Positions 16,748 through 26,592 of a stretch of 64,000 nt of DNA are shown here, piece after piece. This DNA is from a virus (lineage: Duplodnaviria; Caudoviricetes). Within the stretch, counting starts at the first letter, position 1, and each line of letters begins with the position of its first letter. A program made the position numbers and the translations under genes. The notes under the pieces are model-generated. The model was not told the origin of the DNA. It did not search any database and worked only from the letters and a program-made list of their open reading frames with translations. The stretch lies in the IMG/VR virus record IMGVR_UViG_3300029286_000011, one strand, 5' to 3'.

Positions 16748-17101
16748 TCAGACGCGGTATTCCATCTCCGAATCGGTCAGGCTCGTAAGCCAGCACGGTG
16801 CGGCGACAGCCAGCGTGTTGTTATTCAGCACGAGCATCTGGGACTGATCCAGAGTAGCATCGTACAGAATAGGAGCAGGAGTCGACACAAGCTCAAGCCA
16901 CCCAGCTTCGAGGGCCTCGAAGAACTTCTGCACGCCACGGGCGCCGAAGATCCGACCAATGGTATCGACGACATGGCCGCTAATCGAGACTTCCTCGTTG
17001 TTGTCCAGCTCAGCCCCGTGGGGCGGCACAATGCTAATCTTGCGCTTCGAGCCGGCAACATTGCGAATGGTGGACACCAAACAGCTGATATCAACAGCCA
17101 T
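16748..17101 (-). CDS. Hypothetical virion-associated protein (117 aa)
   Basis: GGAGG SD; in the capsid operon. Confidence 0.65.
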   Translation of the reverse strand: MAVDISCLVSTIRNVAGSKRKISIVPPHGAELDNNEEVSISGHVVDTIGRIFGARGVQKFFEALEAGWLELVSTPAPILYDATLDQSQMLVLNNNTLAVAAPCWLTSLTDSEMEYRV

Positions 17102-17166
17102 GGTTTTCCTCCGTGATCATCCACACTTGCTAACAGCCTCGCGGCCGTTCGAAAAAGCTGGCAATG

Positions 17167-17646
17167 TTACTGGCCAGCCGCCAAAAGTTCTTCCTGCGCA
17201 GTCTTGAGCAACAGTGCCGAATTGTAGATGGTCGGGTTCTGGGCGAGTTCCCAGGCAGCGGCCATCGCAGCATCCGTACGATTGGTCTCGTTAGCGCTCT
17301 TGATAGCGCCCGACACAGGGCTGTCTTGCAGCACATTGTGCAGAGCTTGCTCGGCCACGGCGAACGGGTCAGCCTGGGCCGGCGCTGTCTCAGCAGTCTT
17401 GGTCGCCAGCATCAACGTGGCGGCAGTATTCATCATGCGCTGAACCTGCTCCTCGTTCTCCGGCTGGTACCCTCGACTGGCGAGTTTGGAAAAGAAGACG
17501 CGCTTGTGCACACCTTCCATGACGTTATGGAAAGCCACTTTGATAAGCTCTTCGCTATTCGGAGCTTCCTTCGGAGTGACTTCCGTATTGCTGTTCGCAG
17601 TCGACATGAGTTTCTCCGCAGTCGATAGCACAACGAGATCCGCCAA
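17167..17646 (-). CDS. Hypothetical head-associated protein
   Basis: Follows the MCP; contains KTA and KSA motifs. Confidence 0.65.
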   Translation of the reverse strand: MADLVVLSTAEKLMSTANSNTEVTPKEAPNSEELIKVAFHNVMEGVHKRVFFSKLASRGYQPENEEQVQRMMNTAATLMLATKTAETAPAQADPFAVAEQALHNVLQDSPVSGAIKSANETNRTDAAMAAAWELAQNPTIYNSALLLKTAQEELLAAGQ

Positions 17647-17688
17647 GGCTGATTTACATCAGCCAAGGCGGACTCGCGAGGGGTGTCA

Positions 17689-18636
17689 TCAGATGAACTC
17701 GGCTCGGGCCACGGCGTTGGTATTGCCGATGGTGCAGCCGTTCTCTTCGTACGCAAAGAACTCAATCATGAAGGCTTTGCGCTCGATGAACATCGTGACC
17801 GGTTCCAACTCAAAATGCTTGCCAAGGAACTTCGGGTCGGCAAACAGGTAGATGTTGTTCGTCTCGACGATGTCCTTCTTGATCGTGACGATCCAGTCGA
17901 TGCCCATGAAACGCTGCAGCGACCAACCATCACGCATCACATCCATCGACAAGTCGCCGCCCATTTCGTCTCGGCGGAACTTACCAACTTCCTTGATGGT
18001 CAGCATATTGCAGACCGCCAACTTGGTCTCAAGGCAGCTGGGCGTCGAAGGCAGAATCTTCAGCATGTCCCAGAGGCTGTCGCGGTTGATCCCGCCGCCG
18101 ATCTGTTCGTACTGAGCCACACCGGACGTGGGCAAAATGACACCAGGGCCAACAATAGCGTTGTTGACGGCCCGGAACCATTTGGCGTCCTCTTCCGCCA
18201 ACATGTCCTTGATAGCATTATCAGAGAACACCTGGCGAATATCCATGACCCAAGTACGCAACTCGGACACGTCCTTGGTGAAGCGGGTCGTCATGATCCG
18301 CTCGAAACCAACGGGGTAGCGAGGTCCCTTGATGTACATGTTGCTGGGCAACATGGCGAAAGGAACGCTGACAGCCGCCGGAGAATCCGGTTCCTTGTCG
18401 ATGATCTTGATCGGCTTGTCGTCTTCGATCATGCGGTCAAGGTCGTCGGTGATAGTCACCGGCGGGAGAATCTTTCGGAGGACGCCATCTTCACGCATCT
18501 TGTAACGCGTGTAGTCGTTGGCGGCATCCACAGCTTCTTTGCGCTGTTGCCAATCGGTAGAACCGAGCTTTTCGCAAAGCACCCGGTTGACCACCTTCGG
18601 GTCCAGGCCTTCTTCCAAAAGGGCGCTCATATGCAC
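17689..18636 (-). CDS. Major capsid protein (probable start 18630)
   Basis: 315 aa, strong codon bias, protease-scaffold-decoration-MCP gene order, and REDG..RKILPP / FTKDVSELRT motifs typical of large-phage MCPs. Confidence 0.85.
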   Translation of the reverse strand: MHMSALLEEGLDPKVVNRVLCEKLGSTDWQQRKEAVDAANDYTRYKMREDGVLRKILPPVTITDDLDRMIEDDKPIKIIDKEPDSPAAVSVPFAMLPSNMYIKGPRYPVGFERIMTTRFTKDVSELRTWVMDIRQVFSDNAIKDMLAEEDAKWFRAVNNAIVGPGVILPTSGVAQYEQIGGGINRDSLWDMLKILPSTPSCLETKLAVCNMLTIKEVGKFRRDEMGGDLSMDVMRDGWSLQRFMGIDWIVTIKKDIVETNNIYLFADPKFLGKHFELEPVTMFIERKAFMIEFFAYEENGCTIGNTNAVARAEFI

Positions 18637-18675
18637 CTCCGTGTTAGCTAAGTTTCAGTGGTGTCCGTACCAATA

Positions 18676-19266
18676 TCAGCTTTCGAGACCGCTGACGCTA
18701 GTCGTCAGCTTCGGCAGCCAGACAGGCCAGAAGGCCAGGACATTGCGACGGAAAGTGTTCGCACGAACGGCGCGGCTGACCACACCGCAAATCGGCTTCT
18801 CGTAAGCAGCGGCCCTGGTAATACGGCCACCAGTAGCGGCATCCGTGTTGCTAGCAACGGCCGTGAGGCAGTCACCAGGAGCATAGGTGTCGCCAAGAGA
18901 CGACTCGGGTTCGAACTCCGTGGTCTCCAGCTCCATGGCCGCAGCGGCGGCAAAGCCACCGATGTTGCCAGAGGGCGTGGCCGCCACGTAGACGTCGGCC
19001 TCGGTGGCCGGATCGCCGCCACCGACGGTGACGTCGTTGTCGGTCGAGGTCTGGAAGAGGAAGATCGCCATGTGACCAGCCTGCACAACGTCAGGCAGCC
19101 CCATCTCGTAGTCCCCGTCCGCATTCAAGTGAGCCACGCGACCGCCCCACACTTGGTCGATGGTCACAACAGACGCAAGCTTCGCCACGAAGTCCACCGC
19201 TTGCTGGCTCGGCCAGCCCTTCAGCGGGTTCAGACCGTGGACAGTCATTTGGGTAGGAGTCTTCAT
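18676..19266 (-). CDS. Putative capsid decoration/cement protein
   Basis: 196 aa immediately before the MCP; positional inference. Confidence 0.6.
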   Translation of the reverse strand: MKTPTQMTVHGLNPLKGWPSQQAVDFVAKLASVVTIDQVWGGRVAHLNADGDYEMGLPDVVQAGHMAIFLFQTSTDNDVTVGGGDPATEADVYVAATPSGNIGGFAAAAAMELETTEFEPESSLGDTYAPGDCLTAVASNTDAATGGRITRAAAYEKPICGVVSRAVRANTFRRNVLAFWPVWLPKLTTSVSGLES

Positions 19267-19309
19267 ACTGCTGTTCCTCCGTGAAAAGAAATCGTCGGTG
19301 GACGAAAGG

Positions 19310-19756
19310 TCAGCTCGTCAGACCAAGCTTAGACAGGAAAGCTTGATCAGCCGCGCTGGGAGCTCCACGCTCACCGATGTAGTTAGGGTTGGTTCGACCA
19401 ACAGCTGAGGCGCTCTTTTCGGGAACGCCACGGCCCTGCTGAAGCATGGCCACTTTTTGCTGCAGCTCAGTAATCTGAGCGGCGTGTGCCGTACGTTCGG
19501 CTGCCAACTTTTGGCAAATACGGCGAATGACACGTAGCGTCCCAGGATGCTGGTTCAGGGTCTCTTCGGCCAGCTTCGATTCCTTCTCAGGGTCGAACAA
19601 CTGCACGGAGACCATCGCCTTGAGCGCCTCAGGGATGGCCGAGGTAACTTCCGCAGCTTGCTTCTCTTGTTGAGCAACAAGGTCCGAAGCCGCAGCAGCA
19701 ATCTTTCCCGTAGTCTCGACATAGCCGAGCACTTGGGTAGTCAATGCTTTATCCAT
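19310..19756 (-). CDS. Head assembly-region coiled-coil protein
   Basis: 148 aa; EKQAA and EKSAS motifs. Confidence 0.65.
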   Translation of the reverse strand: MDKALTTQVLGYVETTGKIAAAASDLVAQQEKQAAEVTSAIPEALKAMVSVQLFDPEKESKLAEETLNQHPGTLRVIRRICQKLAAERTAHAAQITELQQKVAMLQQGRGVPEKSASAVGRTNPNYIGERGAPSAADQAFLSKLGLTS

Positions 19757-19779
19757 GGAATCCTCCGCAATATCGATGC

Positions 19780-21027
19780 TTACTTACCGCACAGGTCAGT
19801 AATAGACTTGAGAATGGCCTGAAACTGTTGAGCCTGTGCCGCATTCTTCGGTTGCCACTTGGGCTTAGCCGAAGCCTGCTTGTTGGCCATTTGAACGAGT
19901 TTGGCAGCTGCCTTGGCCTGAACCGCAGCAGGATCAACGTTGGCCTGCGACAAGGCTTCCTGCAGCATTGCAAGCAGATCGGCTTGCTGACCTTCACCGC
20001 CGGCCATGCCGGCAAGAGCAGCGTCGCCACCTACGTCGCCCATCGGGGGCATTCCCTCAGGGCCTGCGCCCATCGGAGGCTCTCCCATCGGAGGAGCGCC
20101 ACCACCGCCGGCCCCGCCAGCGCCCTGCAGAAGCTGCAGCAGGAGCTCAGGAGGGATCTCGTCGCCGCCACCGGCCATTCCCGCAGGAGCAGCGCCTGGC
20201 ATGTCGCCCATCGGGGCTTCCGCCGCAGGATCTTCCGTCATCGAAGGCTCAGACGACTCGGTCTCTTCCTTCGGAGGCTTCGGATCCTCTTCTTCGGAGT
20301 CTTCACACTCCTCGGCCTGCTTCTGCGCTTGTGCGAAAAAAGCATCGTAGTAGTCTGCCAGCTTGGTAGCAGCTTCGTCGGCTATCAAGATGGTGTCGCG
20401 CAGAGACGTGACAACACCAGCCACTTCGGCTTGCTTGTCATTGGCCGCAGCACCAACAACGGCTTGAGCCAAGGCGGCACCGGCCTGAGAAGCAGCCTTG
20501 GAAGGCTGAGCCGGCTTCTGAGCTTCCTTGTTCGAGGAGTCAAACGCCACAGCCAGCTTCGCAAGGATGCTTGTCCCCTGCGCATTGGCCTGATTGATAA
20601 GCGTTCGAAGCTCAGCAAACTTCTTCCCGTCTAACGAACTGTTGTCGGTACGGGCGGGGTGGCTGGATCCGGGATCGTCCTTCTCGGATTTGGCCGAGGA
20701 GGTTTCGTTGCTCGGATCTTCGCCAGTGGCCGCAACGGTAGCTCCGATATTCATCTGGAACTGATCCTGCGTACCAGGCGTGTTTTCCTTGGCGTTGTTG
20801 ACGCCAATGGGTTGATCATCCTTGTTGTCCTTTTCGTTCTCCGAAGAACGAGCACCTTCTTGCGCAGGTGCAGTTCCATCATCGACGTTCTTGGACGGAT
20901 GGGTCGTAGCGCCGCCAATGTTAGCGGGCTCACTGTTTGCCGAAGCCGACTTCTCCGGATTAACTTGCTGCAGCAAAGCAGCAATGCTGTTCCGAAGACT
21001 GGCTTGCTTATTGAACAAAGTAGTCAT
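19780..21027 (-). CDS. Putative scaffold protein
   Basis: Acidic, low-complexity, between protease and MCP; four KQA motifs. Confidence 0.6.
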   Translation of the reverse strand: MTTLFNKQASLRNSIAALLQQVNPEKSASANSEPANIGGATTHPSKNVDDGTAPAQEGARSSENEKDNKDDQPIGVNNAKENTPGTQDQFQMNIGATVAATGEDPSNETSSAKSEKDDPGSSHPARTDNSSLDGKKFAELRTLINQANAQGTSILAKLAVAFDSSNKEAQKPAQPSKAASQAGAALAQAVVGAAANDKQAEVAGVVTSLRDTILIADEAATKLADYYDAFFAQAQKQAEECEDSEEEDPKPPKEETESSEPSMTEDPAAEAPMGDMPGAAPAGMAGGGDEIPPELLLQLLQGAGGAGGGGAPPMGEPPMGAGPEGMPPMGDVGGDAALAGMAGGEGQQADLLAMLQEALSQANVDPAAVQAKAAAKLVQMANKQASAKPKWQPKNAAQAQQFQAILKSITDLCGK

Positions 21028-21072
21028 CCTTGAAATCTCCGTAGGATGATGAATGTGCTGTCTCGCAAAGTG

Positions 21073-22596
21073 TTACGCGACAACCTTATTTTGCAGGACT
21101 ACACATTCAAGTGTCAACGGTAATAGTTCTTCGGGCGTAGCCATACTGGCCAGGGCAGACAACTGATACAGGGCATACTGCTCTGCAATCTTCTGCGCCA
21201 ACTCTCCACATGCCCCTGATTTGATCAACGTACTTTTGGAGCGCAAACGTGTTTCTGCGTCCTTATACAAGGCAGCTCGTTGCGCACGATCTACGATTGA
21301 AGACAGCTCAAGCGAATGATCTCGGGTGAACTTATCAGCCCAGCTGCGCCGTTGTGCTGAGACCGGACCAACAGTAACGGCAAACGCACTTGAGGCAATC
21401 TTCGTGTAAACCACTGGATCCGAAGCCAGTCGGCCAAAAACACCAGGCAGTTCGTCTTCCGACAGCGATAAAAGCTGTGCTGTCTTTTCACGGTTATCTC
21501 CGGTTAACAACCGGACAAAATCGCGGAACGGCAAAAGTACTCTCCGGCTAGCCATGGCTGCTAGCTTCAAGTTTACCTCACCGGTATCCAGCGGTCCCAA
21601 TTCTCGAATCTCTATCGGGCGCTGCTTACTCTCAGCTAGACCCAGGGCAAGAGCCTTGTGTCGTTCCGTCGTGTTTCCTTCCATAGCCGTCTCAAGCTGC
21701 GCCAGTTTGTGCAGCAAGACAGCCTGCTTCTGCGATGCCTTCTGATCGTTAAGGCGCAGTATTGTTCCGTAGCCGTTCTGATTGGCGTATATCTCGGCCA
21801 GTTCGGCACCACCGATAACATGACCAGCGCTGGCTGCCTTTGTCATGTAGTCGGCTTTAGCACCCCAGGCACTAGGATCGGCAGGACGCCCGACCTTGGA
21901 TATATCGAACCATCCGGGATTGGGATTGTCCACAAATTGCTGCAGACCGTCCCATGCCAATTTGGTGAGTCCGTCACGGCAGCCAAACATACGTCGGCCA
22001 GTTTCCGGACTGATGCACGTATCTTCAGTGCAGTACTCACTTCGATTGGCTGCCTTGTTATGGCAGTTTTGGCAGACATCGTAGTCGATTGTAGTGGCCA
22101 TGCTCCACGGCAGGGCGTCACCACGGTTCAAGGCATGCAGGTCGTCGTCAGGCATCACAAGACCGCCGTTACGTTCGGCAGCTTCCTTGGTGCCATTGCC
22201 GACAACTAGCAGCTCAATCCTGCGCATTGGCTCGTTGTATGCGGATGCAGCAACCTTGCCATAGCTCTTGTCAGGATCTTTGTTTTTGTGATTTCGGTAG
22301 TAACGGGCCTTAGTAACAAAGCGACCATGATGCTCACGGCAATCAGCTTCCTTGAAGCCATCGCCATTGCGATTAGATCCAAAGCCCTCGGTGGCACAGA
22401 CAGCGATCAAATGTATAGGAATGTCGCCACGGGCAATCTTGACGTTCTCAAGTGCCTTCGTCAGGGCATGATCAGCGCGCTTTAAGAATACGGCGCGGTC
22501 ATGATTGGCAAGGCCACCGCTGGCCATCTTTACCAGTTGAGCGGGTTCTTCCGTCAACCTATCCCATGAGCCTACGCCTACAATTTTGTGCATCAT
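21073..22596 (-). CDS. Prohead (capsid maturation) protease
   Basis: SNRNGDGF, YRNHKNKDP..YGKV, RRIELLV and WSMATTIDYDVCQNCHNKA, matching large-phage maturation protease motifs. Confidence 0.75.
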   Translation of the reverse strand: MMHKIVGVGSWDRLTEEPAQLVKMASGGLANHDRAVFLKRADHALTKALENVKIARGDIPIHLIAVCATEGFGSNRNGDGFKEADCREHHGRFVTKARYYRNHKNKDPDKSYGKVAASAYNEPMRRIELLVVGNGTKEAAERNGGLVMPDDDLHALNRGDALPWSMATTIDYDVCQNCHNKAANRSEYCTEDTCISPETGRRMFGCRDGLTKLAWDGLQQFVDNPNPGWFDISKVGRPADPSAWGAKADYMTKAASAGHVIGGAELAEIYANQNGYGTILRLNDQKASQKQAVLLHKLAQLETAMEGNTTERHKALALGLAESKQRPIEIRELGPLDTGEVNLKLAAMASRRVLLPFRDFVRLLTGDNREKTAQLLSLSEDELPGVFGRLASDPVVYTKIASSAFAVTVGPVSAQRRSWADKFTRDHSLELSSIVDRAQRAALYKDAETRLRSKSTLIKSGACGELAQKIAEQYALYQLSALASMATPEELLPLTLECVVLQNKVVA

Positions 22597-23846
22597 TTCG
22601 GTTGTACCTTATCCTTAAATCGCTGCGCAAAATTAGACGAACCGCCCCATATCGCCGGCAAAACGAGACCAAGCAAGCTGGGCAATTTCTTTACCATGCC
22701 GGCACGCCCGACCCTAGACAGGCCACGTACCTGGGAATTCGAAAGGGTCGGCATATATTTGTTGGGCAGTGAGGGATCGTGCTGATCGGCCACGGCAGAC
22801 AGCTGCGCCCTTAGTCGCGTAAACCACGAGGCATTCGTTAGTTCTTGCTTGAGCAATGCCTGAGCTTCGGTTGCCAGTCGTTGTTCTTCTACTAGCGACT
22901 TGATCCTATCATTAACGTGCTTCACGTTATCAGAGACAGTCTTACCCATACTGTGATAATCTGCCAAGATCTTAGGATCATTCACTTTGGCATCTTGCAG
23001 CTTCTTTATCAGGCCGTTGGTGTCCTTGTGCAGGGTCGAAAAAAGGCCTTCGTTTGTACTTGCTGCCGCTAGATCACTGGCAATTTCGGCAGACGACCGC
23101 AGGGGTATGCCTTCTGTAGGGTTAAACACGTCGAAACGATGTGTAGGCTGTGTTAACCAAGACTTGCCAAATTCAAAAGGCTTTTCGGCAGTACCTGTTA
23201 TAACATTTGAAATATTACTTGGGTTGAATCTGCGAATCATCTCGGCCAAACCAAACAAGCCTGCACCGATTGGCATTTTTCTAGCCACATCGCCCACCAA
23301 CGTAGGCTGTGCTTGTGCTGCCTCCTGGCTACGTCTAGTCAGCTCGTCAACCGCTGGATTGCCTGTGGTGGCATTTGGAGCCGCAGCAGGTGCAGCCGGT
23401 GTTACAGGTGCTGCTGGAGCTGCCGGGCCGCTAGAGGCAGCAGGAGCCGATGCTGACTCCTCAAGCTTCCTCTTGATAACCTCGTTCCAGTCCTTGCCTG
23501 TAGGCGTGCCAGGAAGCCCTTGGTAGGCCTTATACGCCAAACCAGCGCCACCACCAAGCAATCCACCGGACAGCGCCCCAGTCAGCATGGACTTGGGCAT
23601 ATTACGTTCTTCCTCGTCGCCCGCCAGGCCGGTGAGTCCACCAAGCAACGCCCCGCCACCAGCGCCCAGCAAAGCGCCGGCAATAGGCGTATGGTTTGTG
23701 GCAAACTCTTTGAGCTGTTCTATAGCATCAGCCTGCTTCTCTGCCCGTAAGGCTTGGGCCGTAGATGCAATAGCCGCCAACTTGCGTGCCGCGTCTTGAA
23801 CGCTGCCTTCAAACAAAGATTGAATCATCGTGCAGTACCTCGGCAC
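22593..23846 (-). CDS. Glycine-zipper protein, putative internal head/ejection protein
   Basis: GALLGAGGGALLGGLTG and GALSGGLLGGGAG following EKQAD. Confidence 0.65.
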   Translation of the reverse strand: MPRYCTMIQSLFEGSVQDAARKLAAIASTAQALRAEKQADAIEQLKEFATNHTPIAGALLGAGGGALLGGLTGLAGDEEERNMPKSMLTGALSGGLLGGGAGLAYKAYQGLPGTPTGKDWNEVIKRKLEESASAPAASSGPAAPAAPVTPAAPAAAPNATTGNPAVDELTRRSQEAAQAQPTLVGDVARKMPIGAGLFGLAEMIRRFNPSNISNVITGTAEKPFEFGKSWLTQPTHRFDVFNPTEGIPLRSSAEIASDLAAASTNEGLFSTLHKDTNGLIKKLQDAKVNDPKILADYHSMGKTVSDNVKHVNDRIKSLVEEQRLATEAQALLKQELTNASWFTRLRAQLSAVADQHDPSLPNKYMPTLSNSQVRGLSRVGRAGMVKKLPSLLGLVLPAIWGGSSNFAQRFKDKVQPK

Positions 23847-25206
23847 CCTTGGTTCTATCTAGCCCGATGGCTTCCGTCTGCCGCATCGTTTTCTCGATGT
23901 TGGCAATCTGCTCAGCCTCAAACGGCGCGACAGCGCCTTGTGTCAGCCGCTGACGTAACAAAGGTCGCATAATAGCTGGCTGGCTCGATACGTGCTGGCC
24001 CAGCTGAGCGATCTCGTTGTAGGCCGACAACACTTCATCAGGCTCGTGGCTGCTGATAACTTCATCGTTGTCCAGAAAGTCCTGCAACATGGCTCGCGCA
24101 TAGATCTGGCGTATCTCATTCTGATCGCCAGGAGTCGCAAGCTCGTCTGCAATAGACGAAGACATTTCACCAGGAGTCTTATCAGCGCCAGTCTGTCGGC
24201 CCCAGTTAGCTACGCCCGCCGTCATACCGCCCATCAGAGCCGGAAAAAAGTTCGCTTCTTTCATCGTCGAAGAGTCCTGAAAGACAGACGAGCATATCTC
24301 GGCGTGTGATGGGCTCAACACAAAAGGGCGCAATTCGTCCTCCGCTACGTTGAACATAGCCATCTTGCAGTGTCGCTTTTCGGCTTCGGCCTTGTTGACG
24401 GCCTGGGCGCACTTGATCACATTGTGAATCAAGTTGTACGGCTCTTGTGTTTCAGCCACAGCAGTCAGCCTTGGCTTGAATGCAGCCTTACGCAACTCAA
24501 GATATTCGTTGCTCGCGTAGGCAATATCCATAGCTAGCTTGGCTGGAGGGCCAAACAACTGACAGGCATAGTATTCAACTTCCGGTGTCTGAAGCCGGGC
24601 TATAGACGACTTTCGGAAGTAGTCATTCATCTCTTTTACCGACTCTCGGAAGTTATCGGTAAACCTGGCGGCAACAGAGCTCGCGTATTCGTAAGCCTGC
24701 TTGGCCTTCGTAATGGCCTTCATCGGCTGCTTCTTTGCCGCCGGCTTCTTATTGGCGCAGGCTGCTTCCTTCTCAGTAAGCAACGACGGCAGCTTGGTTG
24801 ACCATACGCCTGTTGAAGACTCAGGCCACGGATCAGGCGGTCGATCATACTCATCGGACACAGACAGAGCCGGCTCAGCTGAGGCGATCTTTTCCGGGTA
24901 CAGTCTGGCCATGATGTTCTCGATACGAGCAATCGGGAACTCGGCCAATTTCTCAAGAACACCGGTGTTCTGTTCACGCTGATACGCAGACCGGCCGACG
25001 TTGAAGGATCGAACAAGCAGTGGAATGTACGTGGAAGGTAGCCTGTGATCGGTGGCCACCTTAACAATGGCGTCATCAGGCGACACACCGTCGTCTGTGA
25101 TAGACGCCATGCATTCTCGCACAGCTCCAACTAGCCGATCTTCAGCGGCCTTATCAAAGGGGGCAACCGCCATGTCACGCTCCTTGCTTAACGAATATCT
25201 CGGCAC
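23809..25206 (-). CDS. Hypothetical head-cluster protein
   Basis: 465 aa; several KxA motifs. Confidence 0.7.
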   Translation of the reverse strand: MPRYSLSKERDMAVAPFDKAAEDRLVGAVRECMASITDDGVSPDDAIVKVATDHRLPSTYIPLLVRSFNVGRSAYQREQNTGVLEKLAEFPIARIENIMARLYPEKIASAEPALSVSDEYDRPPDPWPESSTGVWSTKLPSLLTEKEAACANKKPAAKKQPMKAITKAKQAYEYASSVAARFTDNFRESVKEMNDYFRKSSIARLQTPEVEYYACQLFGPPAKLAMDIAYASNEYLELRKAAFKPRLTAVAETQEPYNLIHNVIKCAQAVNKAEAEKRHCKMAMFNVAEDELRPFVLSPSHAEICSSVFQDSSTMKEANFFPALMGGMTAGVANWGRQTGADKTPGEMSSSIADELATPGDQNEIRQIYARAMLQDFLDNDEVISSHEPDEVLSAYNEIAQLGQHVSSQPAIMRPLLRQRLTQGAVAPFEAEQIANIEKTMRQTEAIGLDRTKGAEVLHDDSIFV

Positions 25207-26125
25207 CGGGCATCGGCTCTAGCGTAATAGTCTGATCATTACTGATCAGCAGCGTTTCTTCGGCCCGCAACTCAGCAGCCGTTTCGGCAAATGGCTGCAG
25301 CGACTTGATCTGATTCTTCAGCGCTTCCTGACCGATCAACCACGGCAATGTGGTTAGGGACGCATGAACATTGGCACCCAGGTTCTGCCGTTGTGTATCG
25401 ACGTGACCAATACGATCATCATAGGCCTGTTTGAGCCGCGCTGTAATGTCAAACAACTGCATCACATTCAGACGGTTCACCTGAAACACACGGGCGGCTA
25501 TAGTCGATTTCCTAAGGAGGTAACGTTCCCAACAACGAAACATCCAGTCGTGGACCTGATGCTGCGTTGTTGGGAGTCCTTCGTGTGTGCCGGCAAAAAT
25601 GATTGCGTCGAGTACAACAGGCCCGCCAAAATAGCCAAACAGCTTATACAGCATTCCAGCGTAAGCGACGTCACTTTCAGTCGGCGCTTGGTGAATGGCA
25701 AAGTCACGAAGCACCGTGGTGAAGATGTAGTCTTTGAACGGCAGCCTGTCTCTAACATTGAAATATAGCTTCTCATACCAGTCCACGGAGGCTAGCGGCA
25801 GGCCGCTGTAGCTGTAAATTGAGTAATCATCCTGACCAGCCAAGATACGGGCCTGTAACACCTCACGCTTCAGCACATCCGGCCCAAAATGCATGTTGTA
25901 TGCTAGGGCTATCGGAATGAAGCGACCCAGTACAGCGTCCTGTGCCTCAGCCGTAGCTGCGTCCCTGTACTGCTTGAGGAATCGGTTGTATTGCCGTATA
26001 GAATCGTCGTCGCCACGGCGAGAAGGATTACCACGAGGCGAACGCTCTACCAGCTGGGCAACACGCTGATGCCGCCAGGAAGGGTTGCGAAACGGGTTCA
26101 GTTGTTGGAATTCTGAAGTGAGCAT
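25175..26125 (-). CDS. Hypothetical protein (316 aa)
   Basis: Long ORF in the operon; function unknown. Confidence 0.7.
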   Translation of the reverse strand: MLTSEFQQLNPFRNPSWRHQRVAQLVERSPRGNPSRRGDDDSIRQYNRFLKQYRDAATAEAQDAVLGRFIPIALAYNMHFGPDVLKREVLQARILAGQDDYSIYSYSGLPLASVDWYEKLYFNVRDRLPFKDYIFTTVLRDFAIHQAPTESDVAYAGMLYKLFGYFGGPVVLDAIIFAGTHEGLPTTQHQVHDWMFRCWERYLLRKSTIAARVFQVNRLNVMQLFDITARLKQAYDDRIGHVDTQRQNLGANVHASLTTLPWLIGQEALKNQIKSLQPFAETAAELRAEETLLISNDQTITLEPMPGAEIFVKQGA

Positions 26126-26152
26126 AGATGTAATTAGCGCTAATTAAATCTA
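26125..26152. repeat. 28-bp palindrome with one mismatch (copy 3)
   Basis: TAGATGTAATTAGCGCTAATTAAATCTA; spans one gene's stop codon and abuts the next ATG. Confidence 0.9.
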
Positions 26153-26581
26153 CATGCCAGATTCGGTAAGAATCGTGTATCCGATGTGGAATGTAGCGGC
26201 GCTAACAGACTCCAATTCGATGTAAAGGGCTCCGGTCTGCCGAATGGTTACCGGACTTCGTTCGTCCATGTTCTCGTAGGCCCTGTCCAGCCCAAGGTCG
26301 GTGACGACCGTAGCTCCAGCGGCGGCAACGCCGTTATGCACAACGTGCACGTCAGGGTGGTGCAGGCTGATGAGGTCATCCGGATTGTCACTATCTTCAG
26401 AAATAGACGAACAGGCGTCTTCTCTGTCGAAAATAGAGAACGTGAAACCCTCGGCCGTACCGTCAATCTGCTTAATAATGAAGCGGTTGATGACACCGCG
26501 AATCGGTGCGCGAACAGCGAAGCACGATTTGATACCGGCCTCTACCTCCACGCTTGTTACGTAGCTGATGGGCAGACCCAT
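26150..26581 (-). CDS. Hypothetical protein (143 aa)
   Basis: ORF with SD in the operon. Confidence 0.65.
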   Translation of the reverse strand: MGLPISYVTSVEVEAGIKSCFAVRAPIRGVINRFIIKQIDGTAEGFTFSIFDREDACSSISEDSDNPDDLISLHHPDVHVVHNGVAAAGATVVTDLGLDRAYENMDERSPVTIRQTGALYIELESVSAATFHIGYTILTESGM

Positions 26582-26592
26582 GTGTCACCTTT